Shown one piece after another: positions 1-10,091 of a DNA stretch of 46,144 nucleotides. The notes beneath the pieces were generated by a model. It made no database searches. It saw only the letters and a list, made by a program, of their open reading frames with translations, and had not been told where the DNA came from. Location of the stretch: the IMG/VR virus record IMGVR_UViG_2718218453_000007. One strand, written 5' to 3'. The stretch is from a virus. Taxonomy: Duplodnaviria; Heunggongvirae; Uroviricota; Caudoviricetes. Made by a program: the position numbers and the translations under genes. Each line of letters opens with the position of its first letter. The first letter of the stretch is position 1.

Positions 1-552
1 ATGCATGACAATATTTGGTTTACATATAAAGCACGTATCCAAGCGCACCATCGACTAGAATGGCTTGAAAAACACTCTCAATTTATCCTCGTTTGGTATG
101 CTATATTGAGTGCGGTACTTTCAATTGTAACGTTGCGATTTCCAAAGGTTCTAGGAGATAATACAGATATCGTTGCGGCGATACTTTCAGTGGCTCTACT
201 GGGTATTTCTCTGATCGTATCTAACCTAGATTTTCGTGGTCGAGCAATAGCTATGAGAAGGAATTATATTGCACTACAGCGACTCTATTTTGACATTACC
301 ACCAGTCAACAGTTATCTCTTGAACAGAAAGAAAAATATTTTAATTTGCTCAATGAGGTTGAGAATCACCGTGACATAGATGATAAAATTTCAAGGGTAA
401 CTCAAGTTGGACTTAAGACGAGGATCCCCACACAAAAAGAAAAAATAATTGTTATTTTATGGATATTACTTCGAATATTTATTACTGCCGCACTTTATAT
501 ACTCCCATTAATATATCTTTGGATTGACTATGACTGCAAGCAGAATTTTTAA
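1..552 (+). CDS. Small integral membrane protein (3 predicted TM helices), first gene of the reverse-transcriptase operon; candidate effector partner
   Basis: ATG at window position 1; hydrophobic segments FILVWYAILSAVLSIVTL, IVAAILSVALLGISLIVSNL and IIVILWILLRIFITAALYILPLIYLWI; 3' end overlaps the RT ORF by 29 nt (operon arrangement); strongly AT-rich relative to neighbouring tail genes. Confidence 0.55.
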   Translation: MHDNIWFTYKARIQAHHRLEWLEKHSQFILVWYAILSAVLSIVTLRFPKVLGDNTDIVAAILSVALLGISLIVSNLDFRGRAIAMRRNYIALQRLYFDITTSQQLSLEQKEKYFNLLNEVENHRDIDDKISRVTQVGLKTRIPTQKEKIIVILWILLRIFITAALYILPLIYLWIDYDCKQNF

Positions 553-1900
553 AAAGTCATTCTCGAAAAAAAACCTTCTAAAAGTATACTCTGAAAAAAT
601 CAAAGAATCAGGAGCGATTGGCATAGATCGGATTCGCCCATCAAAACTTGATTTGACAATAAAAAATGAGATCACTTTCATTTTTGAAAAGGTTAATTCT
701 GGCAATTACAAATTTACAGCATATAAAGAAAAATTAATATCTAAAGGCGCTAACTCTACACCCAGACAGATTTCCATACCAACTGCTAGGGACAGAATTA
801 CTCTTAGAGCTCTCTGTGAATGCCTTACGGAAATATATCCTAAGTCCAGATTAAAACTACCACATACAGTAATTGACTCATTGAAAGAAGCATTAAACAA
901 CAGTCTATATGCTGAATATGCAAAAATAGATCTTAAAAGTTTCTATCCTTCAATTGAACATAAATTGATAATTAATGCAATAAAAAATAAAATTAGAAAA
1001 AAAGAAATTAGACAGTTAATAACATCATCATTAATCGTGCCTACTGTAAGTGGAACCACAGGAAGCAAAGGTATCCCTAATAATACCAGAGGAGTACCTC
1101 AGGGATTAGCGATATCAAACATTTTAGCTGAAATATCACTATCTAATTTCGATGATGAAATCAATAAAATGCATGACATATGGTACATGCGATACGTTGA
1201 TGACATTCTTATTTTAACACCAAAATATCAAGCAACAAAAATAGCTTCTCATATCATTGATAAGCTTCAATCATTAAATTTAAACCCACATCCATTAAAT
1301 GAAGAGAACTCAAAATCCAAAGTAGGCAGTTTGGATGAAAGTTTTAACTTTTTGGGATACCACATAGAAAATCGAGAATTATTGATAAAACATGAGAGCA
1401 TTCTTAGATTTGAGTCATCCTTAGCAAAAATTTTTACTGCATATAGGCACGCTCTACTACAAGCTAAAAGTAAGCGTGATAAAGAACGAGCTGTTGCATA
1501 TTGTCAGTGGAAACTAAATCTCAGAATTACGGGATGTGTGTTTGAAGGTAAACGATTGGGATGGGTATCGTACTTCTCACAAATAACCTCAACAGCTCAA
1601 CTTCGCTCTGTTAATCATACTATCAATAATCTTATCCGCCGATTCGGCCTTTCATCAGAAATAAAACCAAAATCTTTGATTAAAACTTTCTATGAACTCC
1701 GCAGAGGTAGAGCGGAGACTTTTAAATACATACCTAACTTTGACAATCTACATATATCTCAGAAACGAGAACTTGTTTCTATGTGGATAGGTAAAGAGAA
1801 GGAAAAAAAACTTAGCAATAGTGAAATAGAGAGGAAGTTTAAATTTAAAATTGCGAAATCAGTAAAAGAGCTTGAAGAGGATATTTCAGGAATATCATAG
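524..1900 (+). CDS. Reverse transcriptase, non-retron Abi/UG/DRT-like (458 aa) with ~150-aa C-terminal extension
   Basis: RT motifs visible in translation: ISIPTARDRITLRAL (fingers), KIDLKSFYPSI (motif A), RGVPQGLAISNILAEISL (motif B), RYVDDILILT (motif C, YxDD), FNFLGYHI (motif E-like); no retron VTG signature seen; AT-rich. Confidence 0.8.
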   Translation: MTMTASRIFKKSFSKKNLLKVYSEKIKESGAIGIDRIRPSKLDLTIKNEITFIFEKVNSGNYKFTAYKEKLISKGANSTPRQISIPTARDRITLRALCECLTEIYPKSRLKLPHTVIDSLKEALNNSLYAEYAKIDLKSFYPSIEHKLIINAIKNKIRKKEIRQLITSSLIVPTVSGTTGSKGIPNNTRGVPQGLAISNILAEISLSNFDDEINKMHDIWYMRYVDDILILTPKYQATKIASHIIDKLQSLNLNPHPLNEENSKSKVGSLDESFNFLGYHIENRELLIKHESILRFESSLAKIFTAYRHALLQAKSKRDKERAVAYCQWKLNLRITGCVFEGKRLGWVSYFSQITSTAQLRSVNHTINNLIRRFGLSSEIKPKSLIKTFYELRRGRAETFKYIPNFDNLHISQKRELVSMWIGKEKEKKLSNSEIERKFKFKIAKSVKELEEDISGIS

Positions 1901-1963
1901 ATATGTAATCCATTAAGTCATTAAAATATATCGCAATAAACACACTATTTAAACTCACAAACC

Positions 1964-2004
1964 AGCCGCAGTATCCTGCCATGGCAAGTTGCTGCGGCTT
2001 TTTA
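1964..2004 (+). terminator. Intrinsic terminator downstream of RT gene
   Basis: Inverted repeat AGCCGCAG ... CTGCGGCT (8-bp stem, ~20-nt loop with internal pairing) followed by a T-run. Confidence 0.5.
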
Positions 2005-2007
2005 TGT

Positions 2008-2301
2008 TCAACGGATCAACAGCCAGATCAGAAGACACGCTACCATCGGCACAGCAAAATCCATCAGGCTTGCCACATCCCATGCGCGTGGATCAAAACC
2101 GCCCCACCACGGCATGTTAATCCGCTTGCCATGCCCGAACATTTCAATCCAGCGATATTATGCTTGGGTGTGTTCGCCCGCAATGAAGAACGTACAACTG
2201 GCTATCGCTCCGTAAACCCAGTTTCCGGTAAAAAGCCCCACCAGTATCTGCGCAGCCACAGCACAAAGTGCATGAAGGAAAGGTGTTATACCCATTTTCA
2301 T
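2008..2301 (-). pseudogene. Small membrane-protein ORF interrupted by an in-frame TAA (47-aa + 44-aa halves)
   Basis: Minus-strand reading frame MKMGITPFLHALCAVAAQILVGLFTGNWVYGAIASCTFFIAGEHTQA-stop-YRWIEMFGHGKRINMPWWGGFDPRAWDVASLMDFAVPMVACLLIWLLIR is continuous except for one TAA at 2158-2160; hydrophobic helices in both halves. Confidence 0.3.
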
Positions 2302-2308
2302 CCTACCC

Positions 2309-2331
2309 AATAAAACGGGGCGCACAGCCCC
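2309..2331 (-). terminator. Intrinsic terminator just downstream of stf stop
   Basis: GGGGC-tgtgc-GCCCC hairpin followed by GTTTTATT on the minus strand, immediately after the stf stop codon. Confidence 0.5.
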
Positions 2332-2337
2332 TTAATA

Positions 2338-5300
2338 TTATTTAGAGGCAAGCGCCGCCTCAATTGCAGATAATCTTTGTTTTAATTCTGCGTTTTCTTC
2401 TTCCAGCGCGGTAACGCGACCATCTGTTTCACGGGCGACCTGAACAAGTAACCCCGTCACGGCGGCGTAGTCAACATTCAGATAACGTGTTTCTTCACGT
2501 AATTCATTGCCGTCAACCGTTGGTCCCTGCAACTCTTCACCGTAATGAGTAAACGATCCCACAGCTTCTGGTATCGCCTCCATTACTTCCTGTGCAATAA
2601 CGCCAGCATAAGGCATCCCGTTTTCCCTGAGCGTGTAGGTGTATCCGTTCATTTTACGGATTGCTTTCGTCGCGTCGCTGATAACGAGAATATCGTCTTT
2701 AAGGTCGCGGTCTGATGACTGATTCAGCGTTGTGCAATTAATAGCGCCATTTACATCAAACAACTGGCCTGCTGACGTTTTTTGCGCATAAAACAGATAC
2801 GCAGCAGACGTTCCAACCTCAAAAACGTTTTGTCGAGTACTGGAACCCCACACCCTGACAGAAAACGGTAGTTCTGCATTACCTGAGTTCTGTAAAACAA
2901 AACGATTGCCAGTCCCTGTTTGTTTTGTAAGAGTTAAATCAACAGTTGAGTTAACCTCATCCTTGTTGATAGTGAGCGCCTGCGCTTTAGCCCCGTTAAC
3001 AGCACCTGTTTTGAGTTGAACCGCGCCGTCATTACCATTTAACAGTATCTCAGCTCCGCTAAAGAAATTTTTTAGCGACAACATCTTACTTACGCCGACT
3101 GATGAACCCAACGCCCACGCGAGAGAATTACCGGTGCTATCAAACCCACGTACAAAGCAATCCATTTTGCTATAGTCTGACGTGCTTCCAAGGACATCAA
3201 TCCGCCCTCCGCCAGATTTTACCGGGTTAGATGTGGTTAATGACCTGACAGCAAGATCGGTAGATGAATTGAGATCGTCTACTGTTAATAGTCGTTTCCA
3301 TCCCTTATCAACCCCAGCCTCAAAGCTTCTTGCCCAAAATTTGGAGTTGCGACCGGCGAATTGTGTGACGTAATTACCGCTAAATTGAGCATGGAATCCG
3401 CCAACAACCATTGTTCCGTCAGGACCGCCTGCGCTCCCTGCTATTGGCTTAAACTTATTTACATTCTCTGTATGTTGAGTGCTCCAGTTTTGCCCTGTGT
3501 GAACAACCAATCCCTGATAAGAACTGAAGGTACCATCAAGGTTAAAATTAAAGAACTTACTGTTCCATGAATTATTTATATCCGTGACAACAATTTCACC
3601 AGAAGCGTTAGCGGCCCTTAGTTCAGTTTGATCGACAACCGGACCTCCTTCGGATTGTAATCTTTGAGAAACAAATGTTCTGTTTGAAACGTCCGTACCA
3701 TACGCGGTGAAAGATTGTGTTGCTTTAATCTGACCATTGTTTACAAATATAGGAATAGTGACGGTAAAATTTTTGTCAAAACTCAGGCCATTTGTTAATG
3801 CAATCCTTTCTGACACCCCTTGTCTGAACGGAAGGTTGCTGTAGAAGCCATGTTCACCGCCAGTGAAGTCAAGAACATTTTTAACAAAGTTCTTGTCGTT
3901 ATCCTCCGTTGACGTTGATACACCAAACTTATATCTAACCCCGTTGTCACCAATTACGTAGTCTTCTGTTGGAACCTTAACTTTCGCCTTGTAGCCAGTT
4001 TGCACAACGACAGGAAAAGCGCTTTTATGGATGTAGAAAGCTACATGCTGCGCATAATCTCTTTGCGACGCTTTAATGCAAAGTATCCCGAGTTCATTTT
4101 TTTCATAGCAAACAAATGACCCGTAAGCCACATCGCGAACGTCACTCCAGCCACCACATCGAATGAACCCAAAAAATGAGTTACTATTAAGCGGATTTGA
4201 TGCCGGACCTCCTGCTGTTTTTATTTCAACAGGACATAACATAGCACCGCTCCCATTCATTGCGGATGTGTCTATTATGACAGGGTAGTATTTGCCATCC
4301 ACTGCACCACCAGGGGCATTAAGGGTCATCGCTTTTGTTAATCCACCCTCAGGGATTTGCAAATTAGTTTTGGCGTCATCAAGGCTATTTGCGCCAGTGC
4401 CACCATGAGAAACATCAAGCGGTATCCATTTTTTTTGTGTGTCGCTGTAACACCCCCATGTTGATCCGGTTAAACCCAGGCGCATGGATTTATCATGGTT
4501 ATATAACCATGTTTCGCTATTCCATTGGTCAAGACGGTCCACTTCATTTTTGCGAGCGTGGCGTGTCCATTGCGGGCCTGTTGTCGGATTCCAGCGATAA
4601 GTATAAAGCGAGCGCGTAGCCCATCCCTGAAATACACCTGTATACGCTGGAGTTCCATCTACCTGACTAATAAACCCCGTAAGACTGCTTTCACCGGATG
4701 CAATCGATGGAAAGCCTTTTGCATTACTCATAATGCGCATAAATCCGATATACCCTGATGGGTTGCCGGAAATATCAGGACAATCACGCGGGGCTGAGCC
4801 AAGACCGATATTATCGCCAACAATTACTTGCGCCTGGTTGCGATAATTAAGTGCGTCCGCCGCAGATTTCGCCGCGTTTGTTTCACTGGATTTAGCATTA
4901 GTTTCGCTGGCTTTAGCGTTTGTTTCGCTGCTCTTTGCTGCTGCCTCGCTATTTTTCGCGTTGGTTTCTGATTTTTTGGCTGCTGTCGCGGAGTTTGCCG
5001 ATGCAGTTTGTGAGTCTGCTGCCGCCTGTGCGCTGTTATCCGCATTCGTCTCAGACGTTTTTGCGGCCTTCGCGGAATTTCCTGCCGCCGTTGCCGAGGA
5101 AGCGGCATTACTGGCGCTCGAGGCTGCGCTCGTTTCTGATGATTTCGCTGCCTCTTTTGAGGCCGCCGCATCCCGGGCTGAGGTGGCAGCTTCTGACGCT
5201 TTCGTGGTCGCGGTGGATGCAGAAGTGGCTGCAGATTTTTGTGACGCTGCCGCATTCGTTTCTGACGTTTTCGCCGCACCGGCACTGGTAGCCGCCGCGC

Positions 5301-5883
5301 TTTTTGAGGACTCTGCAGCGGCAGCACTTTTTGATGCTTCAGTGGCCTTTGTTGATGCCGTTCCTGCGCTGGAAGACGCCTCCTGAGCCGAAGTCGCGGC
5401 CTGTCCGGCTGACGTGCTGGCTGCACGCGCTGAGCCTGCAGCATCAGTCGCATGGGTTGCCGCCTCACGGGCAGATGTGCCGGCATCACTGGCTGACTTC
5501 TTCGCGGCTGCCGTGTTCTGTGCCACCGCGGACGCGTTACGCGTCACCTCTTCCACCATCAGTTCAAAACGGCGCAGAGCCTCCGGACGGGCATCATCCT
5601 CCGTCATGGCACCGAGAAAATCATTCAGCGTACCGGGTCGGGAATCTTCATACACGGTGATGGTCCCGGCATGTGACGGCGGGAATCCTTCCACCAACAG
5701 AATAACGCTGTACTGACCGTACTCAACGTCCATGCTGTAACGCCCGGCTTCATCCGGATTTTCTGAGGCCACCGTGTTCACCACCACCGTGGTGCTGTTA
5801 CGTTTTGCTTTCAGCTGGATTGTGCAGTTCTGTACCGGTTTACCTGCACCGTCTTTCAGTACACCTGAAATCTTTACTGCCAT
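2338..5883 (-). CDS. stf: Side tail fiber protein Stf with C-terminal intramolecular chaperone (peptidase S74-like) domain
   Basis: N-terminus MAVKISGVLKDGAGKPVQNCTIQLKAKRNSTTVVV matches lambda Stf from memory; long Ala/Ser/Thr-rich repeat region (SETNA.., KSSETN..); C-terminal ...SDRDLKDDILVISDATK...EENAELKQRLSAIEAAL resembles self-cleaving endosialidase-type chaperone domains. The ORF track start (5889) is an upstream GTG; ATG at 5883 gives the lambda-like N-terminus. Confidence 0.9.
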   Translation of the reverse strand: MAVKISGVLKDGAGKPVQNCTIQLKAKRNSTTVVVNTVASENPDEAGRYSMDVEYGQYSVILLVEGFPPSHAGTITVYEDSRPGTLNDFLGAMTEDDARPEALRRFELMVEEVTRNASAVAQNTAAAKKSASDAGTSAREAATHATDAAGSARAASTSAGQAATSAQEASSSAGTASTKATEASKSAAAAESSKSAAATSAGAAKTSETNAAASQKSAATSASTATTKASEAATSARDAAASKEAAKSSETSAASSASNAASSATAAGNSAKAAKTSETNADNSAQAAADSQTASANSATAAKKSETNAKNSEAAAKSSETNAKASETNAKSSETNAAKSAADALNYRNQAQVIVGDNIGLGSAPRDCPDISGNPSGYIGFMRIMSNAKGFPSIASGESSLTGFISQVDGTPAYTGVFQGWATRSLYTYRWNPTTGPQWTRHARKNEVDRLDQWNSETWLYNHDKSMRLGLTGSTWGCYSDTQKKWIPLDVSHGGTGANSLDDAKTNLQIPEGGLTKAMTLNAPGGAVDGKYYPVIIDTSAMNGSGAMLCPVEIKTAGGPASNPLNSNSFFGFIRCGGWSDVRDVAYGSFVCYEKNELGILCIKASQRDYAQHVAFYIHKSAFPVVVQTGYKAKVKVPTEDYVIGDNGVRYKFGVSTSTEDNDKNFVKNVLDFTGGEHGFYSNLPFRQGVSERIALTNGLSFDKNFTVTIPIFVNNGQIKATQSFTAYGTDVSNRTFVSQRLQSEGGPVVDQTELRAANASGEIVVTDINNSWNSKFFNFNLDGTFSSYQGLVVHTGQNWSTQHTENVNKFKPIAGSAGGPDGTMVVGGFHAQFSGNYVTQFAGRNSKFWARSFEAGVDKGWKRLLTVDDLNSSTDLAVRSLTTSNPVKSGGGRIDVLGSTSDYSKMDCFVRGFDSTGNSLAWALGSSVGVSKMLSLKNFFSGAEILLNGNDGAVQLKTGAVNGAKAQALTINKDEVNSTVDLTLTKQTGTGNRFVLQNSGNAELPFSVRVWGSSTRQNVFEVGTSAAYLFYAQKTSAGQLFDVNGAINCTTLNQSSDRDLKDDILVISDATKAIRKMNGYTYTLRENGMPYAGVIAQEVMEAIPEAVGSFTHYGEELQGPTVDGNELREETRYLNVDYAAVTGLLVQVARETDGRVTALEEENAELKQRLSAIEAALASK

Positions 5884-5894
5884 ATTCACCCCAC

Positions 5895-5920
5895 AAAAAA
5901 GCCCGCCTGAACCGGCGGGC
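5895..5920 (-). terminator. Intrinsic terminator after lom
   Basis: GCCCGCC-tgaacc-GGCGGGC hairpin followed by a T6 run on the minus strand. Confidence 0.55.
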
Positions 5921-5947
5921 TGTCATAACACTGTGTTACCTGGCTAA

Positions 5948-6547
5948 TCAGAACTTATAACCGACACCCACGATGAAACCGTCAGTGCGCCAGTCGCCAC
6001 TGCCGGAGCCTTCATAAGCAATATCAATGGCCACGGATTCGGTCGGGTTAAACTGCACGCCAGCCCCCCACGCCAGAGACGTGTTGCTGCGGCGACCGTC
6101 ATCACTTCCGGTCAGCACTTCGTGCGTTTTCCCCTTGTTGTCAGTTACGCGGAGATAATCCCCGGAGAAAGTCGAAATACGGCTGTAAGCCACCCCCGCC
6201 ATCGCATACGCGCTGAACCATTCATTCACGCGCACAGACGGCCCCGCCATCACGCTGAACCAGCGGTTACGCAAGGAATCTTCATGCCAGCGGGTATCGC
6301 TGTAACGGGTCAGCTGGCGATTCTTGTCTCCTGCATAGCTGAATGACGTCACCAGCCCCAGTGTGTCCGTAAACTCATAACGGTATTTCACGTTAATCCC
6401 GTTCAGTTCATCGCTGCCGGGAACGTTCGTCGAGGCATGAAGATAGCCCGCGCTCAGCGTGGACTGATGTTCAGACGCCCATGCAGGCGCACCGGATACG
6501 ACCAGACAGATGGCTGCGGACAAAATGGCTGCACAAACTTTACGCAT
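5948..6547 (-). CDS. lom: Outer-membrane protein Lom (Ail/Lom family)
   Basis: Signal peptide MRKVCAAILSAAICLVVSGAPAWA, beta-barrel-like sequence ending GVGYKF; position directly after J as in lambda. Confidence 0.9.
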   Translation of the reverse strand: MRKVCAAILSAAICLVVSGAPAWASEHQSTLSAGYLHASTNVPGSDELNGINVKYRYEFTDTLGLVTSFSYAGDKNRQLTRYSDTRWHEDSLRNRWFSVMAGPSVRVNEWFSAYAMAGVAYSRISTFSGDYLRVTDNKGKTHEVLTGSDDGRRSNTSLAWGAGVQFNPTESVAIDIAYEGSGSGDWRTDGFIVGVGYKF

Positions 6548-6570
6548 AATTACCTCTCGCTTTTCTGCAA

Positions 6571-6601
6571 TAAAAAAGGCGTCATTCCTGACGCCCTTTA
6601 T
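6571..6601 (-). terminator. Intrinsic terminator after J
   Basis: GGCGTCA-ggaa-TGACGCC hairpin followed by TTTTTTATT on the minus strand. Confidence 0.55.
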
Positions 6602-6617
6602 TGGGGTTATAACAATT

Positions 6618-9600
6618 TCAACGAATACTGATGCCGGAAGCAGCCTTTTTGGTCACAATCACCGTACAGTCGGTGATATTGCCTGCCCCCTGATTGCCTT
6701 TCTGGAAAATCTTAAACTCCAGAGTGACGCTTCCCCTGCCACTCGGCATATCAATAACCGCACTGTAACTACCGGGAATGGCCCCTTTAGTTTCTCTGGA
6801 TGCGATTAATACGCCGTTTTTGCGAACTTCAAAACCATACCCCGTGTACCTTGTACCTCCCGGGTTATCACCACTTCCCGGATCGTCATACGCTATACCG
6901 TTAAAGATAATGGGCGGAATAATGATTTGACGGTCAAAGTTATGATCATCGCTGATGGTGACTGTAACCGTCCCGTCTGGTGTTTCCGTATTACCCCACG
7001 TACCAGCCTTTTTCGGGAATGATTTGGATACTGTTTTAACAAAATCACCTCTGACCTGATTCGCCTCCAGCATGCCCTTAATCGTACAGTTTTCATTTAC
7101 CGTGACATTGTTGAGCGTTCCTGAGTTCGCATTCACACTGCCACTGATATCCGCATTTTTAGCGGTCAGCTTTCCGTCTGATGTCAGGGAAAATACCGGA
7201 GGACTGCCACCGCTGGTAATGGTGGGAGCCGTCAGGCGTTTCAGGAACACGTCATTCATGAATATCTGGTTGCCCTGCGCCACAAACATCGGCGTTTCAT
7301 TCCCGTTTGCCGGGTCAATAAACGCGATACGGTTAGCGGCAACCAGAAACTGGCTCAGCTTGCCTTCCTCCGTGTCCTCCATGCTGAGGCCAATACCCGC
7401 GACATAATGTTTGCCGTCTTTGGTCTGCTCAATTTTGACGCCCCACATGGCATTCCACTTATCGTTGGCGTCCTTCCACTCTTTCGAAAACTCCTCCAGT
7501 TTGCTGGCGTTATCCTCCGTCAGCTCAAAGTTTTCCAGCAGTTCCTTTCCGAGATGCGTTTTATTGATCAACCCTTTATAAAAATTCAGATAACCTTCCG
7601 CATCATCGCTCGCCCGACCGACGGCCTCCACAAATGCCGATTTACCAACGGTATTCACGCTGCGGATATAAAAGTAATAATCATAACCCGGCTTAATATT
7701 GCTACTGGCAGCTATCCAGTACAGCGCCGTGCCAAGATAGCGGGCTGTGGTTTCAACCTGCCTGATATCCGCAATCCGCTTTTCCGAGAACCAGAACTCA
7801 AACTGCACCGTCGGGTCATATACAGCCAGTTTCGGGACCGCTGTTATCTGAAAATACCCTGGTATCAGTTCAATAGTGACAGGCGCTGCAGGTGCGGCAA
7901 TCCGGAACGATACCGATGCAGGATCGCCCTGCTGCCCCCACGCATTTGCCGCCCGGACTGTCAGCCTGTAGTTTCCCAACGCCAGTTGCGTGAAGCGGTA
8001 TGTGGTTTCCGTCGTCCGGGCCGTGCTGACCAGCCGCTCACTGCCGTCATCGGCGGCCACGGTCAGGCGAAGCATAAAGCTCACGCCCTTCACCACCTTC
8101 GGCGTATCCCAGCGCGCCAGCACCTGGTATTCCCCGCTGTCTGCGGTGACTTCGGCGGTCAGGTGCTGCACCGCTGGCGGCGTGACACCATTCACCGTGC
8201 CGCTCTGGTCGCCGTCAAAGTGCGCCCCGTTATCCACGATGGCTTCTTTTTCCGGTACATGCTGCACGGCGGTGATGGCATACGTGCCGTCGTCGTTCTC
8301 ACGGATACTCACGCAGCGGAACAGGCGCTGGCGCAGCGTCGGCAGCTTCAGCCCCCACACGCTGTATTCAGCAACGCCGTCAGGAACACGGCTCACTTTC
8401 ACCTTCACGCCGTCGGTGACGGACTGAACCTCCACGCTGACCGGATTGCCACTTCCGTCAACCAGGCTTATCAGCGTGGTACCGGAGGATGGCAGCGTGA
8501 TTTCACGGTCGAGCGTCAGCGTCCGGGTCTGGCTGTTTACCGCCAGCACGCGACCACCGGTGCTGATACCGGCATAGTCATCATCGCAGATTTCAATGAC
8601 ATCGCCCGGTACATGGCGAAGCCCTTCAGCACCCACGCTGAAGTCCACGGTCTGCGTTTCCAGCAGTTCCGTTTTAATCAGCCACAGCCCGGCGCGGTGC
8701 GCCTGCCCCCGGCTGGTACAGCCAAAGGCATCCATCTTCGTGACGTTACGACCGTAACGGGCAATGGCCTGCGTATCTTCAACAAGCTCTGTCGCCGTCT
8801 CCCAGCCGTTATCCGGGTCAATCCAGTTCACCTCAACGGCATTATGGCGGTCCTTCAGGGCGCTGAAACTGTAGCGGAACGGCGCGCCATCATCCGGCAT
8901 CACCACATTACTACGGTTATAGGTCCACACCTTATCTGATGGTCGGTCCTGCACGAACGTCAGCGTCTGCCCGTTCCATACCGGCATACAGCGCATCGCC
9001 GAGCAGAAATCACTGAGCACATCCCACGCCTTACGCTGCGTGGTCAGGTAGGCATTACAGGTGATGCGCGGCTCCGTGCCGCCAAAACCGTCCGGCACTG
9101 ACTGGTCGCAGTACTGGCCGATGACATACAGCGCCCATTTATCCACATCCGCCGCACCAAGACGTTTCCCCATGCCGTAGCGCGGATGGGTCAGCATATC
9201 CCACAGACACCAGGCCATGTTGTTGCTGTATGCCGGTTTAAACGTTCCGTCCCAGATACCGCTGTATTGCCGCGTCTGCGGGTTATAGTTCGACGGCACC
9301 TGCAGAATGCGCCCGCGCAGATGATAATTACGGCTCACCTGCTGGCTGCCGAACTGCTCCGAATCCACCTGCACGCCGACCAGTGCCGTGTTCGGGTAGC
9401 CCTGTTTCACATCGATGATTTCGGTGTATGACGACCAGAGCGTTTTGTTCTGCAGCTGGTCTGTGGTGCTGTCCGGCGTCATCCTGCGCATCCGGATATT
9501 AAACGGGCGCGGCGGCAGGCTACCCACCACCACCGAGGCCAGATACTGCGAGGTGGTTTTGCCCTTAATGGTGATGTCTTTTTCCGTCACCCAGCCACCG

Positions 9601-10031
9601 TTACGTTGTATCTGAACCAGCAGACGGACTTCCGACGGATTCCTGTCACCCTTTGAGGTGGTTTCCACCAGTGCCTGTACACCGAAGGTAAAGCGCAGAC
9701 GGTCGATGTTTGCAGACGTAATGGTGCGGGTGATCGGCGTGTCATATTTCACTTCCGTACCCAGCACCGTCTCGGAGCCGGAGGATTCAAACCCCTCCGG
9801 CGGTGTCTGCTCCTGCTCACCGGCACGGAACACCACCGTGACACCGGAGATGTTGGTATTCCCCTCAGTGTCCAGCACCGGCGTACTGTTCAGCAGCACG
9901 CTTTTTAATCCATCCACCGGACCTTCAACCGGCCCTTCGCTGATGGCATCGATCACACTCAGCAACTGCGTGGACTTCAGGTTGTCCTTCGCTTCGCGCG
10001 GGGTATGCCCCTTACTGCTTCCTTTACCCAT
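6618..10031 (-). CDS. J: Tail tip / host-specificity protein J (central tail fiber)
   Basis: 1137-aa ORF at the lambda J position (lambda J is ~1132 aa); N-terminus [24 protein letters not shown] typical of J. Confidence 0.95.
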   Translation of the reverse strand: MGKGSSKGHTPREAKDNLKSTQLLSVIDAISEGPVEGPVDGLKSVLLNSTPVLDTEGNTNISGVTVVFRAGEQEQTPPEGFESSGSETVLGTEVKYDTPITRTITSANIDRLRFTFGVQALVETTSKGDRNPSEVRLLVQIQRNGGWVTEKDITIKGKTTSQYLASVVVGSLPPRPFNIRMRRMTPDSTTDQLQNKTLWSSYTEIIDVKQGYPNTALVGVQVDSEQFGSQQVSRNYHLRGRILQVPSNYNPQTRQYSGIWDGTFKPAYSNNMAWCLWDMLTHPRYGMGKRLGAADVDKWALYVIGQYCDQSVPDGFGGTEPRITCNAYLTTQRKAWDVLSDFCSAMRCMPVWNGQTLTFVQDRPSDKVWTYNRSNVVMPDDGAPFRYSFSALKDRHNAVEVNWIDPDNGWETATELVEDTQAIARYGRNVTKMDAFGCTSRGQAHRAGLWLIKTELLETQTVDFSVGAEGLRHVPGDVIEICDDDYAGISTGGRVLAVNSQTRTLTLDREITLPSSGTTLISLVDGSGNPVSVEVQSVTDGVKVKVSRVPDGVAEYSVWGLKLPTLRQRLFRCVSIRENDDGTYAITAVQHVPEKEAIVDNGAHFDGDQSGTVNGVTPPAVQHLTAEVTADSGEYQVLARWDTPKVVKGVSFMLRLTVAADDGSERLVSTARTTETTYRFTQLALGNYRLTVRAANAWGQQGDPASVSFRIAAPAAPVTIELIPGYFQITAVPKLAVYDPTVQFEFWFSEKRIADIRQVETTARYLGTALYWIAASSNIKPGYDYYFYIRSVNTVGKSAFVEAVGRASDDAEGYLNFYKGLINKTHLGKELLENFELTEDNASKLEEFSKEWKDANDKWNAMWGVKIEQTKDGKHYVAGIGLSMEDTEEGKLSQFLVAANRIAFIDPANGNETPMFVAQGNQIFMNDVFLKRLTAPTITSGGSPPVFSLTSDGKLTAKNADISGSVNANSGTLNNVTVNENCTIKGMLEANQVRGDFVKTVSKSFPKKAGTWGNTETPDGTVTVTISDDHNFDRQIIIPPIIFNGIAYDDPGSGDNPGGTRYTGYGFEVRKNGVLIASRETKGAIPGSYSAVIDMPSGRGSVTLEFKIFQKGNQGAGNITDCTVIVTKKAASGISIR

Positions 10032-10091
10032 TCCTCACGCTCCATAAATGACAAAACCGCCCGCAGGCGGTTTCACATAAAACATTTTGCA

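Noticed and set aside
1981-2313. 110-aa plus-strand ORF between RT and stf
   Set aside because: Starts inside the RT terminator hairpin, has no ribosome-binding site, Cys/His-rich odd composition; the opposite strand carries a more protein-like (though disrupted) membrane ORF.
4824-5716. Several overlapping ORFs (Arg/Pro/Gln-rich or Ala-rich translations) in both strands within stf
   Set aside because: Alternative-frame translations of the repetitive Ala/Ser/Thr-encoding region of stf; low-complexity and unsupported.
1-5889. Diversity-generating retroelement (RT next to a tail fiber gene)
   Set aside because: No template/variable repeat pair visible between the RT region and the stf 3' end; the RT is convergent with stf and separated by terminators; motif B is PQG-type rather than the DGR-specific variant.
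7407-8939. 510-aa plus-strand ORF antisense to J
   Set aside because: Lies entirely within the well-supported J gene on the opposite strand; GC-rich DNA commonly yields long spurious antisense frames; no start context or recognisable protein features.
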